This document shows positions 48,401-59,700 of a stretch of 64,000 nucleotides of DNA, piece by piece; position 1 is the stretch's first letter; each line of letters begins with the position of its first letter. The notes under the pieces are model-generated. The model worked only from the letters and a program-made list of their open reading frames with translations, was not told where the DNA came from and did not search any database. This DNA comes from Phoronis australis (Eukaryota > Animalia > Phoronida), in contig NMRA01000668.1 in assembly GCA_002633005.1 (NCBI GenBank), positions 1 through 64,000 on the forward strand. Reading direction: 5' to 3'. Both the position numbers and the translations under genes were made by a program.

Positions 48401-51400
48401 AACGTCCGAGATTGAGATTTTCTATAATAGAATTCAATGTCTCAAAGTGGCACTAAATCCGTGTTTTCTGCCAAAAATGGGATTTGATTTAGGTCATTTA
48501 TCATTTAAAAATTGGTCTTATCTTGTTCCTTATTCAGTTTAAAAGTGACCTTGAGGCTCAGGTAGAACCGACAACTTGCTATTACAATTCCAGGTCACAT
48601 GACATGAAATTTAAAGTAAACAAAAATTTTATGCTAGTTGGTTTGAAGCCCTGAAATCACTTGAATTTTAAAGGTAAGTTGCCTAAATCAAAACTTGTTT
48701 TCTATAAAAAACAAGTTCTGACTTAGGCAACTTACTGTTGAATTTGAGGTTATTTCAGGGCTTGGATGCACTGCAGCTTTAGATCTTGGCCCAAGAATCA
48801 CTGAGTATACAAAAAATTGTTGCATCACCTAGTCACCAGTCAGCCACAATTCTGCTTTAAAGTGAAATTTGTAACCTTCAACAGACTTTTAACAATCCAG
48901 CAGTGGTCACAAAATGAAGCATCACTAGTTGAACCATCAAAAGACAACTTGAAGGTAATAAAACGAAACAACTTCCAACGAAAAACTGATAGATGAAAAG
49001 TTAAATACGGTACGCATAGTAACAACTGCAAGTAGTTGTTTGCCAAACAGCACTATGTAATACGTACATGACAGTGTTAATGCCGGACAACTGTTGGAAC
49101 ATTTGTAGAGCACACCCAAGAATAACAGCTCGCCGCACGTGTGGAGTGGTGAGTATACGGATAATTACGGTACCAGAAGACCCTGGCAGATATAAAATAG
49201 AACAGCATGAAAAATACTACAAAAATGCTATATCATTTTAATATAAAATAAACACATAAAAATCAGGAAACCCAACTAGGAACCAAATCACAGGTCTCTT
49301 TATTACTGGTCTAGTGCTCTTACCCCTGAGTTAATGAAGACGCGATATCTGTGAAATTACAGTTTGTACCCACCTGTTATTTCATTTATCTCATGAGTGT
49401 CCTTTTGCCTTTTTCACACGAGATTTGGACAATTAAGTTACAAACATGTGTTAATTAGATGAAGAAAATATAGACGCTTATGTTAACTAGAGTAGATTGA
49501 TTAATAATAAAATTGTCCGAATCGTATGTGAAAAAAGAGAAATGTCACTCATAGGAAAGATGACATAACAGTTAGCTGCAAACAATAATTGTGCAGATTT
49601 CAAGTCCTCAGTAGTTCAGTGGTAAGAGCACTACACTGGCAATCTAGAGAACTGTGATTCGATTCCCAGTTGGGGTTCCTGACTTTTCTGTGTTTACTTG
49701 ACCTCCTTATTAGTTAAACAGAATCCAGAATGCAGACAACACAGTTTTGGCACGGACTCAAAACAAAAACCTATTTGCTGAAAACATCAAGAAAATCCAT
49801 TGCTGAGCTCCAAAGACACACTCTTAACTTTGCCATGAGGGGGCACAGCAGTCGACAGGTCTGTCCAAAGTCGTGATCATATGTTGGATTCGTAGCAAAA
49901 TGCAATTTCACAAAATTGCCACTGTGGTGCCACAATAGACAGACTCATCCAAACAATCAACGTCTGCTGTGGTCTTCTCAACAACAATACATGGAGACCA
50001 GTGTGGCATACAGAGAGGGAGATGCTAAAAAATTGAAAACAGGAATAGCCACTGGGTGGTGCAAAATATTTCGCTTAAAAATCACAAGGAGTTATCGCAA
50101 TTTTAAACAAAACCTACACTCCAAATTTCTTGAAAATCCAACTAGGATTTCTGAAGATACAGAGGCAAACGAAAAAGATGAAACTGCCATGAAGGGTCAC
50201 AGCAGTAGTCAGGGCGGTCCGAAATTCATTGTCTTTTGTCATCAGTTTCATTGGAACACATCTGCCAATCATATCACGATTTTGCAACGGATGTGGAAGA
50301 TACAGCAGTGGACGCCAGATGACCGGAACCCCACACCGATACGACAGCAATGAGTACCCACATTATGTATAAAAACAAAGTAGTAAGTTTAAACTTGATG
50401 CTAACATTGCCTTACTTTTAACATAACAGTAGAGTTCTGAAAACTGTCATTAAAGGAGAATGCAACCATTTATGTTATATTTAGTAAATATGCAGGTACC
50501 TGGTTACCATGGAGGCACAATTTTCTCGTTTCAACTATTGCTCCCCTGACGAGTATTTACTATGCAAGCAACAACAAAACCTCACATGAACACAGAGCAA
50601 AACGCCCGCATCTTGGATCTACATAATTTCATTTTCATCTACAGAGCAAACACAATATCCTATTGACTTTTGAATGCAGTCTGTGTCGCACGTTGTGTTT
50701 GCTAAATGGAAATGAACACAGAACCAAGATGGGGGCTCTTTGTTGGTCTGTGTACATTACTGTGCATTGTTCAAAGGATAGCAAATAAACGGCATGGGAA
50801 AAAATGAACAGGGAAAAATGTCTCTACAAGATAACATTAAATTATTACCAATAATGAAAGATGTTTACTCATTAGTATACATGAACAATGACTGCTTTAC
50901 CCTCAAAATCCTCTGTACCACATCTGAGACCACAGGTTTTAACAGCCTAGTTAATGGTGATTGAATATATTTATTCAAAGCATGCATCATCAATGGCTTT
51001 TCTAGGGGTACCTGGATGTCATATTGAAACGATAGTTCATGTCAGATAAGACATGAGTACACTAAAATAAAACAACTGGGTTGTTTTTATGAGTGTTAAC
51101 ATAATTGTTAAGTACACGCATCATCATTCATTTGGTAAAATGCATAATTTTGACACGGTACTCGATTTCCCTGAACGACTTAAAAACCCAATTGATGGTT
51201 ACTTTTTTGGCTAAAAGAACAAATTAACCTTCGAAGGTTACTTGATTACATAACTATTCATCTCGTGGCAGAGGTATTTAACTTTCTGATTTACAAAAAA
51301 GGGGACATTTTACCAAAATTCATGTGGAGTCGTTAAGCTTATAAGCAGTCATAGTTTACATGAATGCTGCAAAAGGCCTAATTTAAAAACACTGAAACTG

Positions 51401-54400
51401 ATTACAGCAACAAGAGTTCATATTAGTACTAACACCACAACAAATGTTACAACCTATTTCAATAAACTGACATGTAAAAGCAGTGTACATTGTCCAATAA
51501 CTTGCTGCATCAATTGCCCTAACTACAGTCTTAACTTTGCAATAAACATTTTGACTTTGCAATAATAGACCAGGCAGTAACAACACAGGAGCTTAAAATT
51601 CATGAGGCTTTACATATCAGTTGGTGCAAGCCCAATCTCAATAGGAAACTGACACACCACAGGTTGTCATTGTTGGTCTAGTTCATTGTCACTCCCTGTA
51701 ACTGACTGTATCTGTGCTTCATTACTTGTTGCTGGGCCTAGCTAGGTGGCCACTGTATTATGACTTCTGAGGGTGGTGTTTAATAAATGACACCGAAACA
51801 TGTCAAGTTTTAAAACCGTAGTTATTTTCTTGAATTTATGCTGCTACTTGCTATCATGGAAAACATTACTTCGATTTTGATCTTTGATAACATGCCCCAG
51901 GTGAATTATCAGACAAAATGAACTCTAGATGTGTTAACAGTGACCAGTAAATTTGAGGAATGTGCAAAGATACGTACCAGCCTCTCGCTTTGCCTGTTCA
52001 TCCTCTTCACAACTGGCTTTTATTTGTTCCAATTCATTCTCCTTATAACTTGCACCTCGAATGTCTAGAAGAACTTTTTTGGCCTTTGAAAAATTTCCTA
52101 AAACGACAAGGCGCGCAATGCTAGTTGGAAACATAAGCCTACCAGATCCACTTGGAATTTTTGCAAGAAATCATTAAATTCAACATTTAAAAAGTAAGAA
52201 GAGTATCTGTCAGTGCATAGCTGCACTTAATGTAGAATTTCTTTGTCATAATTATTTTGAAGCAGCCGTCCAAAATTTGTTAACACACAGCAACGTTCAC
52301 GTTTCATAAATTTTCAACGAAATTTGTTTGATATCCGTTTGCAGCCCAACAATAAAGCAGACGACCAAAAATTATATTGTCATGGATACGTATTAGGTTC
52401 CTATTTAAAGTAGAGATGGAAGCGGTATGCATAACTTTTTAACATAATGGTAACACCAACACTTATTTTCTGGTCAGTGACTTCTGACCTCAGGTTTGGC
52501 AAAATCAGTTTTCATTTGGCGACCTGGGATTTTCCACCAACTCACATTTGGTACGTTGGTATTAAGCTAAGTGTTGAGCACTGACTTGTGAACATTTTTG
52601 TGTATTCAACACATTTTGTCCATATGGCTATGCTGCAAGTCTACCATTGGTTTTGTGAACCAGTTGACTAGCTCTAATACCTTTTTGAACAAGCCACCTT
52701 GGACTTTCTGGTAAATATAAAAATCCAACAAACTGGATAACAGAGGGCAGTGCAGCTAATCCCAGCATGAACCTGTAAAACAGGAAATTGCAACAATCCA
52801 CAGCTGTCTCGTAACTAAAGTCATGGCAACTAAAAGTTACTTTTAATTAATTCCACTAAATAAACTAAACGGTGTCACATAAAAATTCTTACAAGTTTTG
52901 GTCAAGTCAAAAACTGAGAGCATTTCTTCAAATACATTTTCCTATTTTAAGCAAACAGTAATGCTCATCCATTTTCATCATCTTATAAAGTTTTCATCTT
53001 AAACAAAGATAAAATAACACTATGAAACTTTTTAAAATCAGCGCATATGTAAATGAAGACATTGTATTGGTCGACCAATACAATGTCTTTGTTTATGAAA
53101 TACTATGTAATGATTTTGAAGTTCTGACTCATATTTTGGCCAAAAACAAATGTAACTACTCTGAAAGCATTCAAACCATTTCTTACAAACAAGTCAATTA
53201 AGTCCTCATGGGGTTAAAACATTCTACTTCCCCAAATCTTTTGCAGTCAGACACACAGTGTTATCTTTAAAGCCTTGTTAACGTTGACCGCAATTAAAGT
53301 GGGAATTTGTTAAAAAAGTTCACGACCAAGTTCTAGAGGCATCACACTTTCACAAAATCTTAATTTTTTGAGAGTTCAAATTTACAATTCTGTAGACGTT
53401 TGGCCAAAGGCAAACTGAGGAGGCCATGTTTTGGAAAGTCCAAGACGAGCAAATACTAAATAGGAGTTTCTTCAACACAACAAAGTGGGCATTCAACAGT
53501 TTACACAGGTCTAGAGAAGCTGTTTGCGTCTCCTTGGATAGATTCTTTGAGTACCAGTTTCACTACTGGGACTTGTTCAACTTGACCATGGCGCAATTAC
53601 GACCTTAAGTTTAATAATTAAAAATAAAGCAGCCAGTGGTCAGCAATTGATCTCCACTTAATTCACACAAATATCAGCCAAAATTCTCATTTTTCCATTT
53701 TTCAAACACTGATTACTCGACTGCAAGTAATGGAAAATAAAACAAAATCCCTTTTTTGACAATAAAACCTACAAACTACAAACCATGCTAATAACATAAC
53801 TGTCATGTACACTAAAATTTTCTTAATCCTTTTTGTGGAAAAATTAAACAAAAATTATATCATTTGTCGCCCATATTGTAAGCTACATATACATGTACGG
53901 TAAGTAAAGAATAATTTTCAAAACACTGAAACAAGCAAGCTGGAAAGCAGAATACCAAATAAGCCTGCCCCGTGTCTGATAGCCACTTTCCAGAAATGAA
54001 ACAAGTCAACAGCTTACACTATTCACCTGTATCCTCGCCACATTCAGTTTGACAGGAAGCAAGGAGTACGCAAGGAATGGAATGAAAGACATAAGACAGA
54101 ATGTGAACGGCTTGAAGAACACACAGAAGCTAAACAGAGAGCTGAGTCAGACCCATTTACACGACCCATTTACACGACGTTGTTGGCCAGCATGCAGGTC
54201 TACACAGTCATTTCCATCACATAATGACAAGTGACTACTTTTTACTAGATGGGTGTGTTTGTACTAGTGCTAGTTCAAACATAAACTTGTCACCCGACAA
54301 TGGAGGCAAGCCTATCCCATCACTGGAGAAGTAAAGTAGAAAAAAGTCAATGAGGATGATTTGAATAATGTATAAGGAAAGAGCATAGTTTGAGATGTTA

Positions 54401-57400
54401 CCACCGAGTGCACAAACATGAAATTGGTGAATATTGAGACCTTGTTTATTTTAATTTTACAGCTGATCATCTCCAACATGAACGGATCGTTTGTTGACAT
54501 CATTTCTTGCCTCTGAAGAAAGACAGACGGACAACAGACAAGCAAGCAAAGTTGTCAGAAGTAAAGGCATCAACTGTGATAAAAGACATCAATTTGAAAG
54601 ACAAGTTAGTGTTAACACATTGGCAGATTTAGAGGGTGCTCAAGGGACATGACCTCCCCCTATGCACACGACCAAAACATCAGCATGACACATTAGGGCT
54701 TGGTTGCCCCCCCTTATGGTATCCTAAATCCACCAGTGAAACACTCAGTCAGCGAGTGGTGCATACCTCCAACCGTAGTCTGTGTAATAACTAAACACTC
54801 CGTTTAGTATAGAGGTGACCAGTATGCCAGTAGTAATTGAGATTTGGAAAAAATGCATGATGGCACCTCGTTGTCCACTAGGGGCCGCCTCCGCCATGTA
54901 AATGGGAGTCGTGACCGACGATAGTCCTAGGCAATAATGGAAATGCACAGGATATAATGACAATATGAATGTGTGCCATATTTAGTGACTAAAGGCTGTG
55001 TCCGGGTTCGAGGACAGCAAAACACATTTTCAAGCATTTCATATTATTGCCACGACACCTAGTGTCATCCATGTAAAACACGTGTGACGTACAAGCAACT
55101 GCGCTTATTACAACCAGTGGCATAGCTACGATCATCACCATCTGGGATGGGTGGTGATGGTGCAATCAATCCCCATATTGCCCAAGTCGCTGGCCATCCG
55201 ATGTTGAAGCCACCATCTCTCAGGAACCCTTTAGTCATGCCACTGGCTCCGCGATAAAGAAGAGAGGAAGGTAGGTCATGCAGCACTCAGAGAACGGTAC
55301 AGAGAATAATCTAAAACAGAAGACAGTGGCACAGCCGGAGAAAGCAGCAATGGTCATTAGTGAGTTTTCAAAAAGTGATGAATTTCGTAAAAAAAAGCCT
55401 GGCTTCATTGAAAATATGGCAGAAAGAAAACTGAGTGAAAAGAATAGTGTAAAAAGAATTATAGTTGATACCAGTTTATTTGTTTCCCCTAAAATTTGGG
55501 CAGAGGTGTAGCTCTAAGTTGTCATAGGCAGGCGACCATGAGGTGACTTGGCAAAGTCATTACATTGCCTTAAAAAGCTTGCTTGTATAATGGTGTGCTT
55601 TTTGGAACCAGTCAGAGTTGTTGGCTGAAACTGAAGCCGGTGGCTACTTTTTTAAGTAGTATTGCACAGATTGCAAAAATAAGTTGGGTGCAGGCCAGAA
55701 CCAACTAGACACTTTTTTCTTTGGCCTAACACTAATTTCACTTGAAGTTTCACCACCTTCAACCAGAGGAAATTCCATTACCTTTTTATAAACTGCTATA
55801 CAGAAGAGCACAACATAGCACGACGCATGTCCTAAGAGCAGTACAGTACATACGACATATAAATTGCTGGTGCAAAAAACATATTGTACAATGAAAATCT
55901 TTAATTCGTTCAAAAATGTTTGGAATGAGAGATGTGTCCCGGTATGGCAATTGTCGCAGTGCAGTAATATAAATTTTAACCTTAAACCAAAACACGTTAC
56001 AGGTGCACTTTTAACACTGTCAGCTGTACTATTCATGTACAAACAAATCTACTACTACTAACAAAAAATTTATTAAACGGCATTCATCGATATATCATAA
56101 GTACCAATAATACTCCTACGAAGTGCAATGAGTCGCGTGCAAGCATGAAGACCGGCAAACAGAGTGAAAATGTTACAGTAGTCACAGCCAGAATCATTCA
56201 TGCTGATATCAAGTGTAGAAGAAACTAAAAAGTGTCACACATTACAAAGGCACGGGTCAAGATAAGTGCACAAGTCAAGATAAGTGCACAGGTCAAGATA
56301 ACTGCACAAGGCAACATGCACATAGGGTTGCTTAGGGTGGCAACAAACAAGCATTCCATCAAAGACAACGGACCTTTTCTTTAGACCACTTGCCACTACA
56401 AAATTGGTTCCTTACTCAGATGGGAAGTGATTTCTGGATAACTACAAATAACTAGCCATTTGTTATTCCTCGGGACCATGCTTGATGAATAAAATGACAT
56501 GCCATGACAAACAAACTACATGTAATAGAGCTGGGTCTCAAAGAATAACAAACTTCATTCTTTTGAAACTCTGATATCGGCATCAAATTCAACTTTTTAA
56601 GCATCAATTTCACAACTGCAAATGGCCTAAATCAAATTTTTTGCGACGGAAGGTGGAAGATTATAGTTGCTTACAGTAACTGTTTGCTGACTCTTCAGGC
56701 TTAACACAGTAAAACTACCCTAAGCATAATCTGGTCAGTCTATCAACAATCTATGGCTTTTTATATTGGGTGCTTAACGAGCCATAATGAGCACACATAA
56801 TGGATCTCGTTATAATGCTACTGATACTGGTAGAACACAAGTTCAGACGAGATCAGAAGTGAAAAGACAATGTTTTAGAAATGAAACTCAGTACAATAGT
56901 TGTGAAAAAAGTATTTAGTGGTTCAAAAACAGTCTCCATATGATCTTGGCAAGTCCAGGAAGTGTAGATTTAGTAAAACAATGGACAATGCTTATCATGC
57001 AGTGAAAACATTTTTTACCGAGAGTAAGTTTCAAAAAAGTAATGTTTTGTTAGTCAGTTTTTTGAAATGCAGCCAAAATGGCCTAGATGACTAAGCACAC
57101 GAAATAAAGGATTATTATCTGGCTTCACTTTGACAATAACAGTTGTTGTATTTTATCCCAATTCATAGCAAAGCAATGAAAACGAAATGTCAAACTTAGG
57201 CAATCAGTTCCACAGAAGTGTGATGCTTACATTGAAAACTACAACTGTGACATATTAAACTAATCATAAGGAAAAGGAAAGTTAACATAGTGGTGACATG
57301 CATTATTACCTCCACCCATTTTTTTGATCGTAGCTAAAGCCTCCATCTACAAGACAAGCGACAAATTGTCCGCCTGTAATAAATATGTTGTTAAGCGTAA

Positions 57401-59159
57401 CAAGGCGACCACGGGCACGAACTGGTGCACTTTCGGCAATGTACATAGGAGTTGTCATGGAAGCAAGACCTGAAATGACAAGCCATCCAAAATATGCAGT
57501 AAACACAGCTGCAGTCACATCAAGCTACTAGAAACATGTTACGCAGTTTGTTCAGTATTAAGGTAGTAAATCGGATGATGAATTGAATAAGGGTCGATTT
57601 CACATCACATAGCACCTTGGAGCCCTCAATCCCGTCATTGCTGTGTTTGTCAAAGGCTGCGATTTTGCATCACTTGAATCAATTAAGTGTAAGAAAATGC
57701 AAATCAAGTGGATGGGAAAATTGGGAGGGTCCCCTTGGACAAAATTTTGTTAATAGCAAAAAAATCACCAGTTACTAAATTATTTATCAATCAACTTCCT
57801 GAAGTGGATTTGTCCATTTTTTCCAAAGCATTGTGCATCACTTCATAGATACTTGAAATGGACACTAACAAATGCTGAGAAGGCGAGTCCATCGGACTCG
57901 GGACTTTGAACGAGTAAGGCGTGCATTGATTTGCCAACCAGCAGGGCATTCCTCTCATATTAGCACACTGCTGTCTCACACTGTTGAGGAGAAAGGTGCC
58001 GATATTCGGCCTCAAAATCGAGGGATTGAGGGCCATGGAAAGTTGTCGCACGTTCAACTTAATAGCTCAAATCACTAACAAGACAGTGATCACCGCCATT
58101 TTTACACTGTGCATACCAGGGGATATAACGGCATACTACCTACAGCGTGCAGTGTTAAAAATAATGAGTTACCGATTTAGGGAGCTGAGCGAGGGACAGC
58201 TCAAAGAAGAAGTTTGATACCGGGAGTATTTCTTCAAGTTGGAAGGAATTAAATACACCGACAGCCTTCTAAGGTGTCCCCTCTATGCTCAAAAGGTATT
58301 TATAACAACACGACTTTGATGATTTAATCAGTGTGAGGCATAATTCGCTGAAAAGCTTCAGCTGACTAGTGATTTAATGTTATTCTTTGTAAATGATGTA
58401 TACTGTTATTGTTATATGTGACATGTAATTATCATACTAGAGCAAAATATAAAAAAAAAACAAAAGTGTCTAGCGCATGAACCTCCTACAAGAGCGCCAC
58501 TATCTCTACCTGGCCAGTTAGACACAGTGATCACTGTCTACTAGTATGTCTTGACCATACATACCTATACCAACTCCTACAATGAAGCGCCCCAACAATA
58601 ACATAGTTTTATTCATAGCCAGGCCTAGCACCAGTGCTCCAGCAGTGAAAATAAAACTAGCTATGAGAGTTGTGGGTTTCCTTCCAAGCCAATCATTCAG
58701 GTAACCACCAACAATAGCAAAAAAAGCTGCAGCTCCAATGGTGACAGAGACAATCAACTCCTGCCAAAGAGAGTTTAAATGAAACTGGTCTCGTATTATA
58801 ATCATTGCACCAGACACAACACCCGTGTCATACCCGAACAGGAAACCTCCGATGGCGGAGAAAAAAGTCAGTAAGTAAATAAAGTACGATGACCCCCGAC
58901 CAGGTTTTGCAGCGCCGTCACCGTTGACGTTTCTGTTTTGATGCAGGTTATCGTCATCACCCCTTTCGTTGTGGCGCACACTTTCATCCTGTGAGGCAAC
59001 GTAAGATTTAAGCGGCTCCTGTAGCTGCCCCTTATCTCCGGAAAAAAGCAATGGAGTTTCGTCAGAATGCTTGGTCGCAATTCCAGTGTCCGACTCCATA
59101 TCACTGTAGCTGGAGCTCGACTCAATTCGCACAAGAGCGAAGTTGTTTTCCATCCGCAT
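45350..59159 (-). CDS. SLC2A13: Proton myo-inositol cotransporter (HMIT/GLUT13, MFS sugar porter); whole spliced gene, 1884 nt, 627 aa with either exon 2
   Basis: Exons 59159-58565, 57469-57310 (or 54926-54767), 52772-52681, 52097-51978, 49182-49068, 47730-47455, 47135-46891, 46341-46189, 45477-45350, all GT-AG and in phase. Motifs [36 protein letters not shown], Cys-rich CGFC loop, [20 protein letters not shown]. Confidence 0.95.
46189..46341 (-). CDS. SLC2A13: SLC2A13 exon 8 ([22 protein letters not shown]...)
   Basis: gttcag/gtacgt boundaries; conserved sugar-porter motif. Confidence 0.95.
46891..47135 (-). CDS. SLC2A13: SLC2A13 exon 7, Cys-rich exofacial loop plus TM10
   Basis: cctcag/gtacaa boundaries; SCDQC..CGFCY...[12 protein letters not shown]. 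Confidence 0.94.
47455..47730 (-). CDS. SLC2A13: SLC2A13 exon 6 (YYSATII...VEKIGRRPL...)
   Basis: ttgcag/gtgagt boundaries; TM8-TM9 with GRR. Confidence 0.95.
47865..48030 (-). mobile_element. Penelope-like retroelement fragment, C-terminus of the GIY-YIG endonuclease
   Basis: Translates [36 protein letters not shown], resembling the recalled PLE motif H...GH.F...V.IL.RE..WF.RGVKEAI. Confidence 0.7.
48646..48762. repeat. Palindromic MITE-like hairpin (about 55-bp arms)
   Basis: aagccctgaaat..gtaagttgcctaa..aacttgtttt / aaaacaagtt..ttaggcaacttac..atttcagggctt. Confidence 0.8.
49068..49182 (-). CDS. SLC2A13: SLC2A13 exon 5 (...[23 protein letters not shown])
   Basis: tgccag/gtacgt boundaries; TM7 QQLSGIN motif. 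Confidence 0.95.
49251..49695. mobile_element. Inverted pair of tRNA-like repeats forming a foldback element
   Basis: Arms about 49251-49435 and 49508-49695 are diverged reverse complements; each ends in a tRNA-like module with A box, B box and T-run pointing outward. Confidence 0.75.
49740..50375 (-). mobile_element. Decayed HINE-family copy in reverse orientation
   Basis: Reverse complement resembles the head and tandem units of 27726-28813. Confidence 0.55.
51763..51808 (+). ncRNA. Minimal type I hammerhead-ribozyme-like motif (Penelope pLTR type) with one core mismatch
   Basis: ACTT-CTGAGGG-T-GGTGTT..GACACC-GAAAC-AT-GTC-AAGT: stems I and II pair, palindromic ACATGT in stem III, core A9 is G. 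Confidence 0.55.
51978..52097 (-). CDS. SLC2A13: SLC2A13 exon 4, central cytoplasmic loop ([15 protein letters not shown]...)
   Basis: ttttag/gtacgt boundaries; AKKVL..IRG loop motif. Confidence 0.9.
52681..52772 (-). CDS. SLC2A13: SLC2A13 exon 3 ([30 protein letters not shown])
   Basis: ttacag/gtatta boundaries; PESPR motif. Confidence 0.94.
53056..53089. repeat. Perfect 34-bp palindrome
   Basis: aagacattgtattggtc|gaccaatacaatgtctt. Confidence 0.95.
54618..54738. mobile_element. Short MITE (cagtggcggatttag-type TIRs)
   Basis: cattggcagatttag ... ctaaatccaccagtg. Confidence 0.6.
54767..54926 (-). CDS. SLC2A13: SLC2A13 exon 2b, diverged paralogue of exon 2a ([33 protein letters not shown]...GWR)
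   Basis: 160 nt, gcctag/gtatgc boundaries, same phases as 2a, no stop or indel; 25/54 aa identical to 2a. Confidence 0.85.
55114..55246. mobile_element. Short MITE (cagtggcgtagc-type TIRs)
   Basis: ccagtggcatagcta ... tagtcatgccactgg. Confidence 0.6.
57310..57469 (-). CDS. SLC2A13: SLC2A13 exon 2a, canonical HMIT type ([33 protein letters not shown]...GWR)
   Basis: 160 nt, tttcag/gtaata boundaries, phase 1 to 2; ITGGQ signature. Confidence 0.94.
58565..59159 (-). CDS. SLC2A13: SLC2A13 exon 1 (N-tail with DETPLL dileucine motif, TM1-TM4)
   Basis: [20 protein letters not shown]...GRFIVGVGI; GTATG donor. The true start could be the 2nd or 3rd ATG. Confidence 0.95.
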
Positions 59160-59479
59160 CCGCCAGCATCACAGGATTTCCGGGTTTCTTGCGCAACCGC
59201 AGTAGCCACGCTCGCACACTGACATCTTGTGGAAGACCGGTCATGAACAACCTAGGGTAGGTCCTAGCGCTGCGTCTACTGAACGCACGCCCGGTGTCCC
59301 GGCACAAAGCCAAAGAAATTTATAGTATCTTTCACAAAGCCCCGGTCCGGCGTCGGGGTAAAAAGAGCTCTCGACCACAGTTTGCGATAGAAAAGAAAAG
59401 CCAAAGAGGAAAAATTCCAGGACACATATTTTTTATTCAGGACTAAACTCAGAGGCAGGACCAATTATCAACTGACTCA

Positions 59480-59700
59480 AAACCGGAATTTATCACGCTA
59501 ATACCTGAAGTGATTTATCACGTCTATCTGGACCAAAATTTAACAAATCAGAACGAAAATTTATCATGCCAGAACCAAACATTTATTATGCCAGAACCGA
59601 AAATTTATCGATTCCAGACAGAAAAATATCACGACAGACAGAGAATTTATTACATCATGTACGCCAGGACCGAAAAATTTCCTGTCAGGAACTTAAACCG
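59480..59700. repeat. Degenerate tandem repeat of about 22 bp (accgaaaatttatcatgccag-like) upstream of SLC2A13
   Basis: Repeated gaaaatttat/ccaga words; inverted remnants near 59930-59985. Confidence 0.6.

Noticed and set aside
49605-49685. Functional tRNA gene
   Set aside because: Acceptor and anticodon stems are imperfect, and diverged copies lie at 28961-29064 and 49251-49340; treated as a tRNA-derived repeat.
54027-54129. Hydrophobic AG/GT-bounded segment as an alternative SLC2A13 exon 3
   Set aside because: No PESPR motif or similarity to TM6, and the end phase does not fit exon 4.
55644-56042. 132-aa minus-strand ORF between exons 2a and 2b as a third exon-2 copy
   Set aside because: No sugar-porter motifs and no fitting splice phases.
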